64,000 nucleotides of DNA from a virus. Below are positions 19,141-29,833 of the stretch, in pieces (within the stretch, counting starts at the first letter, position 1; every line of letters starts with the position of its first letter). The translations under genes and the position numbers were made by a program. The notes below the pieces were generated by a model. That model did not search any database, had not been told where the DNA came from, and saw only the letters and a list, made by a program, of their open reading frames with translations. Location: the IMG/VR virus record IMGVR_UViG_3300045988_023742, positions 32,001-96,000 of that record. One strand, given 5' to 3'.

Positions 19141-19670
19141 TACTTAACTCCTGTTTTTCCATGACCACCTCTGTCTGCATTACCAAGATTATCAACCCAC
19201 TCAAACTCTATCTTACTAGAGAAAAGCCACTTAAGCTTCTGCCACATGGTTGCAAACTGATTAGGCACAATTTCAAATTGACAAATTCTATCTCCCTTAT
19301 GAATAGTAATATCATCTATTGAATAACAATAGAATCCCCACTCATCATTATCTCCACAATACTTACCATCAATAAAGCCAGATGAAGCCATTACAAGTCT
19401 CAACTTCTTAGTGGTAGAACTCCTCTGCTTTATCTTTGTACTAAAGCCCTTAGGCAACTGCATTGCAATACCAAGCTTAATCAACTTCTCATCAAACTTG
19501 ACCTTTCTCCTCTTGATACCATCTTTCTGTCTAAGAATATCTGCCATAGGAGCTTCAAATGTATAGTCTTCTGCTGCTCTAAGGTCAATACAATCACCAT
19601 CTGGGTTAATAAAGGGAGCCTCATTATTTGTATAAAGTCCCTTTACAAGTTCTTTTACTTTAATTTTCAT
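19140..19670 (-). CDS. dut: dUTPase
   Basis: SSGFIDGKYCGDNDEWGF, GDRICQFEI and the C-terminal RGGHGKTG resemble dUTPase motifs 3-5. Confidence 0.75.
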   Translation of the reverse strand: MKIKVKELVKGLYTNNEAPFINPDGDCIDLRAAEDYTFEAPMADILRQKDGIKRRKVKFDEKLIKLGIAMQLPKGFSTKIKQRSSTTKKLRLVMASSGFIDGKYCGDNDEWGFYCYSIDDITIHKGDRICQFEIVPNQFATMWQKLKWLFSSKIEFEWVDNLGNADRGGHGKTGVK

Positions 19671-19691
19671 TTTACTTTATTTTATACAGAA

Positions 19692-19715
19692 AAAGGTAGC
19701 ATTTCTGCTACCTTT
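19692..19715 (-). terminator. Rho-independent terminator
   Basis: AAAGGTAGCA/TGCTACCTTT stem followed by a T-run on the minus strand. It lies between nrdG and dut. Confidence 0.6.
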
Positions 19716-19719
19716 TATA

Positions 19720-20190
19720 TTATCTCCAAAATTTTGCTGTTATGTCTTTCTTAAAAACTTTACCTTGTATAACATCTATTTCAAGCATTACTTGATTAGT
19801 TGTTCTACAATTAAGGGGTCCCTTATCTTTAATATAAGGACCAAGCTTAATATAGTTAAAGTTTTCAAGTTCTATCTCTTTACTTAGTTCCTGCCTTCCA
19901 CTATACCATGCTACCTTAAGCTCTGGATAATACTCCTTTATATCCTGTGCAATATCATCTACTTCACTTGGATTAGCATCACCTCCCATTATACAAACGC
20001 AACTTATTCCATTATTGCTATCAATAAGGTTGGTTAATGCTTCTAAATTAAGAGATTTTCCTATATCTTCTGCTAGGTAAGAAGAATGACATTCTTCACA
20101 ATGACAAGGGCAGTTGCTTATATTAATACATAGTGTGATTTCATCAGGAATTTCAGTAAAAGTAACTTTACTATCTACATATTTTAGCAT
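19720..20190 (-). CDS. nrdG: Anaerobic ribonucleotide reductase activating protein NrdG (radical SAM)
   Basis: CPCHCEEC cluster (CX3CX2C). 156 aa. ATGA-type junction with nrdD. Confidence 0.8.
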   Translation of the reverse strand: MLKYVDSKVTFTEIPDEITLCINISNCPCHCEECHSSYLAEDIGKSLNLEALTNLIDSNNGISCVCIMGGDANPSEVDDIAQDIKEYYPELKVAWYSGRQELSKEIELENFNYIKLGPYIKDKGPLNCRTTNQVMLEIDVIQGKVFKKDITAKFWR

Positions 20191-22364
20191 TACTCTATGT
20201 GTTCATAAATTCTTTTCTCAAACTCCTCTTGCCTAGGACTGCTCCAATTATCTACTGCTGTAAGATACCCTATAATTCTTGTATAGTACTTTAAACTCTT
20301 ACTGTGACAAATAGGACATTCCTTGATAGGGGCATTAACTATATGGTGACACTCCTTACACTCTGAGATAGGAATATTAAAGGTATAATAATTACAACCT
20401 TCTTCCTTAGCTATATCCATCAACTTAAGGTACTGTTCTTTGCTAAGATGTGTATCTAAGTTAATATGACAAGCTTGACCTCCACTGAGTGCAGTGCTCA
20501 CTTGCCTACCATGTAATTTAATCTTATCTAGTACTGAAGTATCATCCCAAGGATTATAGAAGTAACAGTTATAGAGATTTTGGTCTTCAGGAACAATATA
20601 ACCATCCTTTTTATCCCACTTATACAACTTCACTCCTAGGTTTTCTCCAGGAATAGCTTCTATATTAAACAAGAAAGGTCTCTTTTTATCATTGATATTA
20701 TGAGCTTTTACTTCCTCCTTAATAACATTAAATATAATAGAGAGGAACTTCTTATATTCCTCATTATTATTAGTATTAATGCCTAAGAATTTAGCAGCTT
20801 CAAAATAACCAATAACACCTATGGTAGAGTATAGTTTCTTCATGTAAATATAGCCACCATTAGATGAAGCAAGCATACCTTTATCCTCCATATCATACAA
20901 CATTGTCTTATAAGCTATATGATACTTAAATACTCTCTCAAGTATATCCTGGATATAAGCCCTAAGTCCCACATAAGGAATATCTTTATTCTTCCTAAAC
21001 TCCTCAAGGTTATTCTCCTTATAGAAGTCTTGTATAATCCTATTAAGGTTAAGGGTAATAACATTACAACTGCCAGTCATTACACCTGTCATACCTGTTG
21101 TGGAGCTAAATATATTATCTGACATCTCATTGAGAACTCTACAGCAACTTGCTAATGATGTAGGATTATCACTATTATAGCAGAAGAAGCTACCTCCTTT
21201 AGACCACTCTTCAGCACAGAGTTCCTTATAGTCTCTATCAAGAAACTCCTTATTATTGTGAACTAATGCCATAGTAGTTACAGGGAATGTAATAGGTTTA
21301 ATAAGCCTTATACCTCTCATTAATTTCATAGACATTCTCTGCAAGGTATCTATTGCTTTCCATTCAGGTTGTGTACCGTCTGGATAATAGAAATCACCAA
21401 ATAATGACTCAAAGTAATATTTATCATACCAAGAGATATTAGTAAATGGACTATTATAGCTTCTATTACCTGCTGGCTGATTAACTCCCCAAATGAATTG
21501 CTTCATTCCTTTTTCAATAGCATTTCTTATAGTTCTAGAGATAAGACAATGGGGTGAAGTGACTTCACAGTCCAACTTTTCATACCATTTAGGTCCAAAC
21601 TCCTTAACTACATAATAGTTGAGTGCAATAAAGTAGTCACCAAAAGCAACTGCTCCCTTACATTGAGAAGACAATAAGAATGCTAAGTTAGTAATCTGAC
21701 CACTAAATGATTGAATATCATTAGGCTCAGTAGGAGTGACCCCATCAATATTACCAACACCCTCAAGCATCAATGGATAAAGAGTTACTGCCATACAATA
21801 AGGCTTCAATACAGGAGTAGAGGCTTCATCATGGGTATAAATAATATGATGTTCCAAGTCTACTTCATATTGTTTTGCAACCTCAGGAAATATCCTATAG
21901 AGCATATCTTTCATCCTCTGTCTTTGAATAATCCTATTGGTACTCTTGTAAACCTCACCCTCAAGATTAGCTACATTCTTTGAAGCTACATTTGAATTAG
22001 GGTCAGTCTCTGAAGAACTAGCAGCATTATCATCAGAATCTGCATAGTTAGACATATAATCAATCCTTTCTCTAATAAATCTAGACTCTTCATGCTTATT
22101 TCTATAAATAATATAAGCCTTTGCTACATCATAAGGTGCTAAATCCATAAGAATCTTCTCTACTTCTGTCTGTATAGTAGCAACTCCTACTGTACTAGCC
22201 CCTACATGATAAGAAGGAATATAGGCTAATTCCTTCAAAACTTCTTCATCAGGCTCTTTACCTTGAGAAGCATAAGCCTTCTTGACAGAATTGATTATTT
22301 TATTCAAATCAAACTCTTCAAGTTGGCTTGCTTTATCTTTCTTTGTTCTTTTTAATACTTTCAT
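20190..22364 (-). CDS. nrdD: Anaerobic ribonucleoside-triphosphate reductase NrdD
   Basis: N-terminal ATP-cone-like region, C-terminal Zn ribbon CKECHH..CPICH, and the glycyl-radical motif RIIGYLT. Confidence 0.9.
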   Translation of the reverse strand: MKVLKRTKKDKASQLEEFDLNKIINSVKKAYASQGKEPDEEVLKELAYIPSYHVGASTVGVATIQTEVEKILMDLAPYDVAKAYIIYRNKHEESRFIRERIDYMSNYADSDDNAASSSETDPNSNVASKNVANLEGEVYKSTNRIIQRQRMKDMLYRIFPEVAKQYEVDLEHHIIYTHDEASTPVLKPYCMAVTLYPLMLEGVGNIDGVTPTEPNDIQSFSGQITNLAFLLSSQCKGAVAFGDYFIALNYYVVKEFGPKWYEKLDCEVTSPHCLISRTIRNAIEKGMKQFIWGVNQPAGNRSYNSPFTNISWYDKYYFESLFGDFYYPDGTQPEWKAIDTLQRMSMKLMRGIRLIKPITFPVTTMALVHNNKEFLDRDYKELCAEEWSKGGSFFCYNSDNPTSLASCCRVLNEMSDNIFSSTTGMTGVMTGSCNVITLNLNRIIQDFYKENNLEEFRKNKDIPYVGLRAYIQDILERVFKYHIAYKTMLYDMEDKGMLASSNGGYIYMKKLYSTIGVIGYFEAAKFLGINTNNNEEYKKFLSIIFNVIKEEVKAHNINDKKRPFLFNIEAIPGENLGVKLYKWDKKDGYIVPEDQNLYNCYFYNPWDDTSVLDKIKLHGRQVSTALSGGQACHINLDTHLSKEQYLKLMDIAKEEGCNYYTFNIPISECKECHHIVNAPIKECPICHSKSLKYYTRIIGYLTAVDNWSSPRQEEFEKRIYEHIE

Positions 22365-23413
22365 ATTTTATTAATCCAATCTTCAAGTTGATTAGGACTT
22401 ACCTTACTTATACCATCTGGAACAGTAGGTTTATCCTTTAGGTAATGTGACAGTTCCTCACCTATTGTAAATGGGTCTCTAAGAATTATCTTTGTAACCT
22501 TGCCAAGTGTTAAGTCTCCCATAGTTTCAGTTGACCTAAAATTCCATACAAGTGGTGTTAGAGTTCTTTTATTTGCTACTATGAACTTATAAGGAGCTAA
22601 TTTGAAATCCTTAAAATAAGGGTCTCTATCCATATTGTCTCTTATGATTCTCCAATATAGTCTAGCCTGTATGTCATAATGCCATTCAATGAAACTCTTA
22701 TAGAAATCCCACTCTGTTTTAGAACTAGTCTTTAAATCTACAGGGACAACTAATTTCTTATCATGAAATACAATTATCTCATCAGCCATACATCTGTAAT
22801 CAATACCATTGAAAGTTGCTTTGAACTTTAACTGATAAAACCTTTGTATACTATCATCAAACATATTGTCTGGCTCAAAGTAGAATTTGGTTGCATCAGA
22901 AGTCTCAAGCTTATCTACAGTATTTTGAACATCATTATAAGTCTGAGTACTGATAATTTTCTTTCCATCAGCTAAATATAATAGACCATAGTACCCAGCA
23001 CAGTCTTCTTTAATCTTCTTAGCTCTTGTCTTGGGTAACCAATGATTATTCCACTGTATATCTTCGATAGATGTTATAATATCATCATCAGGAATATCCT
23101 TTAGTGCATGATATTTATCCTTGAAGTCATTAAACAGCTTCTTAACAATGGTAACAAGAGTATCTGAAAGACTATTGTCAAGCTCTGCTACCATAAATAG
23201 TTGATTAAACTCTTCCTCATTACCAGTAATAAGAGTATCAACACAAGAGCCAAAAACAAGAGAAGGAGTATCTATCCTATCAAATAGTTTGTCTAGGTTA
23301 TTAAATCCTTCTCTTTCATAGCGTGCTAAAGTACTATATGACAAGGCAGGGTCTGCTCTATAAGTAGGCTCATCTACCCGCCAAGATATGTCTCTTAAGC
23401 TTTTTCTTTCCAT
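22361..23413 (-). CDS. PD-(D/E)XK family exonuclease
   Basis: GSCVDTLITG ... VPVDLKTSS (D..DxK) ... YDIQARLYW (QxxxY). 350 aa. Replication-module context. Confidence 0.6.
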   Translation of the reverse strand: MERKSLRDISWRVDEPTYRADPALSYSTLARYEREGFNNLDKLFDRIDTPSLVFGSCVDTLITGNEEEFNQLFMVAELDNSLSDTLVTIVKKLFNDFKDKYHALKDIPDDDIITSIEDIQWNNHWLPKTRAKKIKEDCAGYYGLLYLADGKKIISTQTYNDVQNTVDKLETSDATKFYFEPDNMFDDSIQRFYQLKFKATFNGIDYRCMADEIIVFHDKKLVVPVDLKTSSKTEWDFYKSFIEWHYDIQARLYWRIIRDNMDRDPYFKDFKLAPYKFIVANKRTLTPLVWNFRSTETMGDLTLGKVTKIILRDPFTIGEELSHYLKDKPTVPDGISKVSPNQLEDWINKI

Positions 23414-23697
23414 TAAAATTCCTCTTCTAAGTCATTAGAAATATCAGATAAATCCAAGTAAGAGGTATACTCTCTTACATCAAGAGTTAGCTGCTCTAAC
23501 TGACCTCTATCCACATTTAACCACTTATCTTTATGTACATCTTTGTAATCATCCCTCTTCTTCATAATAAGACAAGATTCTACTATTTCAAGAAGATTCT
23601 CAAATTGTCTATTCCTTAGGAACTGATTACATAGCTCTACATCTTTAGGTGGTAGACATTGTAGATTCTGTTGAATCCTTTGATAAAGTTGGTTCAT
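23413..23697 (-). CDS. Hypothetical protein
   Basis: 94-aa ORF. Overlaps the upstream gene by 53 nt. Confidence 0.45.
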   Translation of the reverse strand: MNQLYQRIQQNLQCLPPKDVELCNQFLRNRQFENLLEIVESCLIMKKRDDYKDVHKDKWLNVDRGQLEQLTLDVREYTSYLDLSDISNDLEEEF

Positions 23698-24184
23698 ACT
23701 CCCTGATTATTTCTATAGCTTGAAGTAGCTGTTTCTTAGTATATATCTCGAAGTATATTGAATGTTGTTTGGTTTTAATAAACCAATCATCTAGGTACTT
23801 TATAAACAGTTTCTTCTTTATATAGAAGACATCATTTTCTATACCTTTAGCTTCAATATATACATCTAATTTACCATACCTAAAGTAGAAGTCTGGTGTA
23901 TATCTAATACCAACAATCTTACCTGTCTTTAATACCAACATTCTATTTTTTACAGTGTCACCACCTTCAATTCTCTTAGCCTGCTGAGTATCTGTTTCTT
24001 TATCATAGAATGGAGTTAATGGCATGAATCCACCCCATAATTCATAGGTTCTAGGCTCATATTGTGGATTAAATCCCTGCTCTACAAGAGTATTATAAAC
24101 ACTCTTTTCAAGCTGGGATTTAAAGGTCAGATTGCCAGACTTGCACTCTGTGGCATTTCTGATTTTCTTATTACTTTTAGGCAT
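23645..24184 (-). CDS. Endonuclease (T7 endonuclease I / PD-(D/E)XK-like, possible junction resolvase)
   Basis: I use the internal start MPKSN (24184), which gives an 8-nt overlap with the upstream stop. Motifs SQLEKSVY, YTPDFYF and VYIEAKG resemble the PDF..E-x-K core. Confidence 0.5.
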   Translation of the reverse strand: MPKSNKKIRNATECKSGNLTFKSQLEKSVYNTLVEQGFNPQYEPRTYELWGGFMPLTPFYDKETDTQQAKRIEGGDTVKNRMLVLKTGKIVGIRYTPDFYFRYGKLDVYIEAKGIENDVFYIKKKLFIKYLDDWFIKTKQHSIYFEIYTKKQLLQAIEIIREYEPTLSKDSTESTMSTT

Positions 24185-24707
24185 TACTGAAAATTGACTT
24201 AAGATGCTCTCTGATAAGACTGAAAGCAATCTTAGCATCCTCAATACTTCTGAAAGCAGGAAATGCCTTATAATTCTTTACAGTCTTCTTGTTGACTTCA
24301 TGAATCCTTCCATCCTGAGGAGAGATAGCATAAATCTTCTCACTCTTATTGATGTGGTCATCATATTTCTTATCAAGCTCAATGGCAATCTCTCTCAACA
24401 CCATCTGGGTTGCAGCCCAAGGATTAGCAAGGTGAAGAGTAGCAAGGATATTCAAGAGTTTCTCCTCCTTCCAATTAGTTTTCTTAGCAAGGCTCTTGAT
24501 AGCATCATTCCAAATCTTATTGATACCATTCTCCTCTACTACATTTACTTTACCATCCTTAATAAGCTTACCCATAAGCTCCTTGGTAACAACAGCAACT
24601 CTCTGAACTTTTGCTACACTAAGAGGAGTATTTACATTTTCTATAATAAGGACTTTATCACCAAAATTAATCTCTTTGCCACTATTGGCTAAAATAAACT
24701 TCTTCAT
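24177..24707 (-). CDS. Hypothetical protein
   Basis: 176-aa ORF in the replication module. Confidence 0.6.
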   Translation of the reverse strand: MKKFILANSGKEINFGDKVLIIENVNTPLSVAKVQRVAVVTKELMGKLIKDGKVNVVEENGINKIWNDAIKSLAKKTNWKEEKLLNILATLHLANPWAATQMVLREIAIELDKKYDDHINKSEKIYAISPQDGRIHEVNKKTVKNYKAFPAFRSIEDAKIAFSLIREHLKSIFSNA

Positions 24708-24724
24708 CTTTTCTTTGTATTTAA

Positions 24725-25402
24725 TTAAAACTTTTCTTCTTTAAACCACTCTATCCTTTCTCCATAAAGGTCATAGAGTATTTTATTTATATCCTTCCAT
24801 ATATGATAAGGCATCTTTTTGTTTGTTCTTGCAAAGTATGCAGGATGTTCAATCTTGAGCACATAATTGTTCTTACTGATATAAGGCTCTAATATCTGAG
24901 CTTGACTACCAAATAAAACATAGATAATTCCTGGATTAATCATTGACATCTGCTTTAAGAAAGCAATCATAAAGGGTCTCCATTTCATCATGTGAACACC
25001 TATCTTACCAACCTCTGTAGTCAATGCTGAATTAATCATAAGAATACCTTGTTTAGCCCAACTCTCTAAAGTGGGGTCAAAGGTAATCAAATTATGTGGA
25101 ATCTCAAAATTTATAACTGATTCTTTTATTATTTGTAAGGAAGGAGATAATTTATTTTCTGGAGTATCAGATGAATTACCAAATAGAACTCCCTGAGCCA
25201 CACCTCTTTGAGGATATGGGTCTTGACTTATAAAGACAACTCTACATTTATTATAAGAACAAAGCTTGAATGCTTTAAACACATCTTTTATTGATGGGCA
25301 TAGAGTAGATTGATTAATATTTCTTAACCAACCCATTATCTTCATAGTTTCATTTCTATCTAGTACTTTCATCCAATCTCCAAAATACTCATCTATTGTC
25401 AT
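24725..25402 (-). CDS. Uracil-DNA glycosylase
   Basis: VVFISQDPYP (GQDPY water-activating loop), GVLFGN, and HPAYFA near the C-terminus (the HPSP position). Confidence 0.75.
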   Translation of the reverse strand: MTIDEYFGDWMKVLDRNETMKIMGWLRNINQSTLCPSIKDVFKAFKLCSYNKCRVVFISQDPYPQRGVAQGVLFGNSSDTPENKLSPSLQIIKESVINFEIPHNLITFDPTLESWAKQGILMINSALTTEVGKIGVHMMKWRPFMIAFLKQMSMINPGIIYVLFGSQAQILEPYISKNNYVLKIEHPAYFARTNKKMPYHIWKDINKILYDLYGERIEWFKEEKF

Positions 25403-26361
25403 AGTTCCCTACATACAATACACTCCTTGGCAATCTCAAGAAGCTTATCCTGTATGCTTTCAACTGTAATTCCAGGTATCTCAGGAATGTTAATCTTATA
25501 AGTAGAATCTTCCTTTGTTCCCATAGTACCTTCATAGATTACCTTAGTAACATAACTACAGTCAAAACCATCTTCTACATCCAATGGAATAACATTTGAT
25601 GTTTCATCATAATGTATAATATCCATAGGAAGATAAGCACAAGTTCTAAGCTTTCCATAATTATCATAAGGAGGAACAGCAACTACATCAGCAGGATTAA
25701 TAAGACAAGCTAATCCAGTATCACCATAGTAATTCTTCTTCAGCCATCCTCTACCTCCAATATGAAGTCCTGTACTACAAGTATTCTCTTGTACAGTATC
25801 ACACTTATCTCTGTCCATAGTAACCATCTCACCAATTCTAATCTTGAAAGTGTGAGAATGATGGTCAGTAAATACATTTTCCTCCTCTGTTTTATCTACA
25901 TTTCTGTAGCCAACAAAGAAACCACACCTTGAGATAGTCATACCATACTTCTGCAAGAACCAAAATAGATTCTTTCTACATCTTTCATCGGGATTAAGTG
26001 ACATAAGAGTCCAGAAGTTTCTATAAGTAGAAATCTTCAACTCATTATGCTCTTCCTCAGCCTTTATAATAGCTTTTGCAAGCTCTTCAGGCACAGAAAG
26101 ACAAGACACTTCTTCCCAATAAACAACATCACCTCTCATACTGAGGAGTTTAGACTTTTGTATCTTCTCAATTAGAGTCAAAGCATTATTATGTGACTCT
26201 ATGCTCTTTTGATATTCTGGGCATAGAAGCTTTAATACTTCTTCATCTGTTTGAGCTTCAACAACCTTCTTGAACTCATCTTCAGTAACTTCTTTCTCTA
26301 AGACTTCTCCATTTTCAAGAAAGACAGTGACTTTGTTGTCAATTTTAATTACTTTCTGCAT
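25399..26361 (-). CDS. Hypothetical protein, possibly the rIIB-like partner of the upstream ATPase
   Basis: 320 aa (T4 rIIB is about 312 aa). Translationally coupled to the 727-aa GHKL ATPase. The call rests on size and synteny only. Confidence 0.4.
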   Translation of the reverse strand: MQKVIKIDNKVTVFLENGEVLEKEVTEDEFKKVVEAQTDEEVLKLLCPEYQKSIESHNNALTLIEKIQKSKLLSMRGDVVYWEEVSCLSVPEELAKAIIKAEEEHNELKISTYRNFWTLMSLNPDERCRKNLFWFLQKYGMTISRCGFFVGYRNVDKTEEENVFTDHHSHTFKIRIGEMVTMDRDKCDTVQENTCSTGLHIGGRGWLKKNYYGDTGLACLINPADVVAVPPYDNYGKLRTCAYLPMDIIHYDETSNVIPLDVEDGFDCSYVTKVIYEGTMGTKEDSTYKINIPEIPGITVESIQDKLLEIAKECIVCREL

Positions 26362-28532
26362 AATACTCTTAAAAGTTTGTTGTTCTTTACTTTGTTATAT
26401 ATTTTAGGGTTAACCCTATAAGCTTTACTTCTAACTATAACTGCTGCCATAAGTAAACCTTTCAATGGTTCCTCTCCATCAATCTTAAGTTCAACTTCCT
26501 TACTAAGATTATTGTATATCTCAATATGGTCCTTAAACTTTTCACACATTGATTTAACATAAGGGTCTATCTTTGTGCATTTACTTGCAACTTCCATGTA
26601 AGTCCTGTTTTCACTATACTTATAATAGAAGTTAATTATGTCTTTGAATTTACTCTTTAATGGAGGAGGAACAGTGTTTAACATTTCAAAGCTACTATAA
26701 TTAGTTGGCATACCTACATCCTTGAAAGACTCAATTATGGTATGAAGCTTAACTATAGTAGGGTCTTCCTTTAATACCCAGTCTTTATTAACCAAGAATG
26801 TTGGCTTAAGCTCATGAAAAGCATCTATTATCTCTTTTCTAGCTCTAATAAATACAAATCCTCTAGCTTCTGCAATACTATACCAACTATCTGATTCCTT
26901 CATATCAGCAAGTATGACACCTTTCTTCAGGCTCTTTATATACTTTATACAGCAATCAATGTCCTTAAAGTATCTTCTTTCTCTATACTCAGGACTTTTC
27001 TGAATGTACAATATAAAGTCTTTAATCTTAACTACAGGTATCTTATTGGACTTTAATTCTTCTTTATAAGCTAAAAACTCAGTATTTGTATCTAAGTTTA
27101 TAATTTTTACTTTAGACATAATGTAATCATACATATAGCCTATAAGTATATCCTTAGATGGATAAAACTTCAAGTTTATGATATTAGCTTCTATATAACT
27201 TGTAAACTGAGTCTTATCAAAGCTTGTAATTATAGTATATTCGTCATAGTTCTCTTGTAGCCAAGACTTAGCTGCTGCTGTTAATCTAGGACTATCAATT
27301 AAAATAATTGAAGCTTCTCCCATCTTTGTTCTATCTTGTGCATTAAATGGAATCTTGTTTTGATAGAATCTATCATTATAGAATAGTCCCTTAAAGTTAG
27401 GGAGTTCCATACCAAAGAAAGAACTAAGAAAGTTCTTACAATCTCTGAGAATTGTAGAACCCTTGAATGTTAGAGTACTAGAATCAACAATAGAGCAATA
27501 GCCTTTTACTCCATAATAAGAATATACTCTGATAGGATAATAGGAATCATCCAAGGGATTATAACATATCTTGTTTGATGTTACTTTATAGTATTCATAA
27601 AGATTGTCATAGTCTTTACTGAATTTATTGCTTATCATAGCATCCAGTTCATTCCTAGCTGCTTTGATTCTGTCTTCTATTTTGCTTATTGTATCACTTG
27701 AATAAATAATACTTTCTCTATTAGGAGTAATACTTATTTCTCCAACATTAAACTTGATTACAATTCCTGAAGATTCTATATTATTCAAGAAATCCTTTGA
27801 TGCAACAGACAAGAGTCTAGTATTACAAGGATAGAGTATATTACCTAAAAGAATCTTAGTGTCTATAGACTCTGAAGCTACAGCGAAGTTATTGAATCTT
27901 TTAAGTTTAGTGTTATTTACTTTATTATCAATACCATCAACATAAACATTAGGAAAGAAAACTATATACTTTAAAGCTTTCTTATATGGGTCTATATTAG
28001 ATATGTTCTTGATAGTTACTTCAACACCATTCTTTTCTTCTGTTGGCTTCTCCATTACTAAGTTAGTGGTAATTGTATTTCCACTCTTAACCATAACATA
28101 GAGAAATGCTGTACCTTCATAGTAAGAAGTTATATATACTGTATTAGTACAAGCTAAACTTGAGTACTTTCCAATACCAAAACCTCCAATGAACTCATTA
28201 CTTTCTCTCTTAGTACTACTTCCAATATTGCAATAGACTTCTTGGAATCTCTCTGGGCTAAGACCTGTACCAAAATCTCTAATAGTTACTTCCCAACCAT
28301 TATTACCTTTCTTAAATCTGACAATAACAGGGGTATCTGTTGTTCCTGCTTCTACATGACTATCCCAAGCATTACTAACAATCTCTCTAATGAATGATTG
28401 CTCTGGGTCAGAATATAAGTTAGATGATAACAATGTGGTAATAAACTCAAGATTCTTTGGGTCTATTGAGGTCTTAAATTCTCGGATGTCTCCTAAAACT
28501 TTTATATTACCTTTATCTGCATTTATTATCAT
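26349..28532 (-). CDS. GHKL-family ATPase (rIIA-like)
   Basis: Bergerat-fold motifs: N box EIVSNAWDS, G1 IRDFGTGLS, G2 GGFGIGKYS. 727 aa, close to T4 rIIA (about 725 aa). Confidence 0.7.
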   Translation of the reverse strand: MIINADKGNIKVLGDIREFKTSIDPKNLEFITTLLSSNLYSDPEQSFIREIVSNAWDSHVEAGTTDTPVIVRFKKGNNGWEVTIRDFGTGLSPERFQEVYCNIGSSTKRESNEFIGGFGIGKYSSLACTNTVYITSYYEGTAFLYVMVKSGNTITTNLVMEKPTEEKNGVEVTIKNISNIDPYKKALKYIVFFPNVYVDGIDNKVNNTKLKRFNNFAVASESIDTKILLGNILYPCNTRLLSVASKDFLNNIESSGIVIKFNVGEISITPNRESIIYSSDTISKIEDRIKAARNELDAMISNKFSKDYDNLYEYYKVTSNKICYNPLDDSYYPIRVYSYYGVKGYCSIVDSSTLTFKGSTILRDCKNFLSSFFGMELPNFKGLFYNDRFYQNKIPFNAQDRTKMGEASIILIDSPRLTAAAKSWLQENYDEYTIITSFDKTQFTSYIEANIINLKFYPSKDILIGYMYDYIMSKVKIINLDTNTEFLAYKEELKSNKIPVVKIKDFILYIQKSPEYRERRYFKDIDCCIKYIKSLKKGVILADMKESDSWYSIAEARGFVFIRARKEIIDAFHELKPTFLVNKDWVLKEDPTIVKLHTIIESFKDVGMPTNYSSFEMLNTVPPPLKSKFKDIINFYYKYSENRTYMEVASKCTKIDPYVKSMCEKFKDHIEIYNNLSKEVELKIDGEEPLKGLLMAAVIVRSKAYRVNPKIYNKVKNNKLLRVLCRK

Positions 28533-28550
28533 ATCTTAGTGAAATAAAAA

Positions 28551-28580
28551 AGGTGAGTAGGACTTAAATCCCACTCACCT
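28551..28580 (-). terminator. Rho-independent terminator
   Basis: An 11-bp stem with one mismatch (plus strand AGGTGAGTAGGA ... TCCCACTCACCT), followed by TTTTTT on the minus strand after the stop at 28590. Confidence 0.6.
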
Positions 28581-28589
28581 AGTACTTTG

Positions 28590-28847
28590 TTAAGAGTTGA
28601 TATATGCAACTTCTGAGCCAAGAAGAATGTGTTTCTTCTTCAAGACTTCAATGAGCTTATCACACTTACAGCCTTTACCACAACCACCCTTTACTCCTCC
28701 TGTAGTTGAAGACTTATCTGTATACTTTGCAATAATAGCTTCAAGCTCTGTGTTGCCTACTCTAGTATAGTTATCACCATACTTCTTTTTAATCTCCTCT
28801 TGAAGGTTAAGCTCCTTAACCTTTGCATAAAGTTCTTTTCTACTCAT
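28590..28847 (-). CDS. Hypothetical protein
   Basis: 85-aa ORF with the Cys cluster CGKGCKC. Confidence 0.55.
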   Translation of the reverse strand: MSRKELYAKVKELNLQEEIKKKYGDNYTRVGNTELEAIIAKYTDKSSTTGGVKGGCGKGCKCDKLIEVLKKKHILLGSEVAYINS

Positions 28848-29827
28848 TTGAATAAACTTAAAATTGTTTGTTTGAACTGTTCCTTATTACCTAGAACCTT
28901 ATATAGGTCACTGATGTCCTTACCACCTTTGAATTGAGGAATTACTACATTAATGAAACCTGTTTTATTGGCTAAATGAACTCCATCCTTTAAGCCAGCT
29001 TTATCATTATCAAGACAGATGTAGATTTTGTTAAATCTTCTTTTTAGTTCATTAATAGCAGTATCACTCATTCCATAGCCCTCACCTTGAATAGATAATG
29101 ATGGAATACCTGTATTAGCCCATAGACATAAAGCATCTTTCAAGGAGGAACATATACATATTTTATCTCCTTCCTTAGGTACTTTTGTCCATAGACTAAT
29201 AACAGACCTATCATGTCTATTTGACCATTTGAAACCATTCTTATTAAATGGTTGATATATTTTCAATGTAGTTCTTCCTTCCTTAAACTCTACATAAGCA
29301 TAAGCATATTTGTCAGCTCCAAAAGCATAGCTCTTGTTGTCCTTGATAACTATCTTATGTGATATAGGATATACATCTGCATATTTCAACCATTTTAATG
29401 ATATTCCATAAGAACCCCAGTACTCTAAGTCATAATCTCGCCATTCTCTTACCTTACATTGTAGGTCAATCTGAGTATTTATCTTACAATGTCTTGTCTC
29501 AAAACTACCAACACCAACCTTAGTACCATAGGACTTATCACCTAAATCATTGTATACTCTAGCAGCTGCTTCAGCAACACTACAATTCCACATTTTAGTT
29601 AATAAAGTCCATATAGTACCTGACTCTCCAGTACTGAAATCTCTATAATTAACTTCAGTACCTTTAGGACAGTATAAAGCAAAAGAAGGCTTAGTATCTT
29701 GCCTTAGTGGACTATGTATTAAGCTAGGAATAGACTTAATATTTAGGTAGTAAGCAGCAATATCAGCTTGAGTTAAGTTACTCAAGTTTAAATAAGGTTC
29801 TTTTGATTTGCTGCCTTTACCTATCAT
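28844..29827 (-). CDS. Toprim-domain DNA primase
   Basis: IYICLDNDKAGLKDG (Toprim DxD), upstream ICSSLKDALCL, and GKDISDL. Replication context. Confidence 0.65.
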   Translation of the reverse strand: MIGKGSKSKEPYLNLSNLTQADIAAYYLNIKSIPSLIHSPLRQDTKPSFALYCPKGTEVNYRDFSTGESGTIWTLLTKMWNCSVAEAAARVYNDLGDKSYGTKVGVGSFETRHCKINTQIDLQCKVREWRDYDLEYWGSYGISLKWLKYADVYPISHKIVIKDNKSYAFGADKYAYAYVEFKEGRTTLKIYQPFNKNGFKWSNRHDRSVISLWTKVPKEGDKICICSSLKDALCLWANTGIPSLSIQGEGYGMSDTAINELKRRFNKIYICLDNDKAGLKDGVHLANKTGFINVVIPQFKGGKDISDLYKVLGNKEQFKQTILSLFK

Positions 29828-29833
29828 AGTTTA

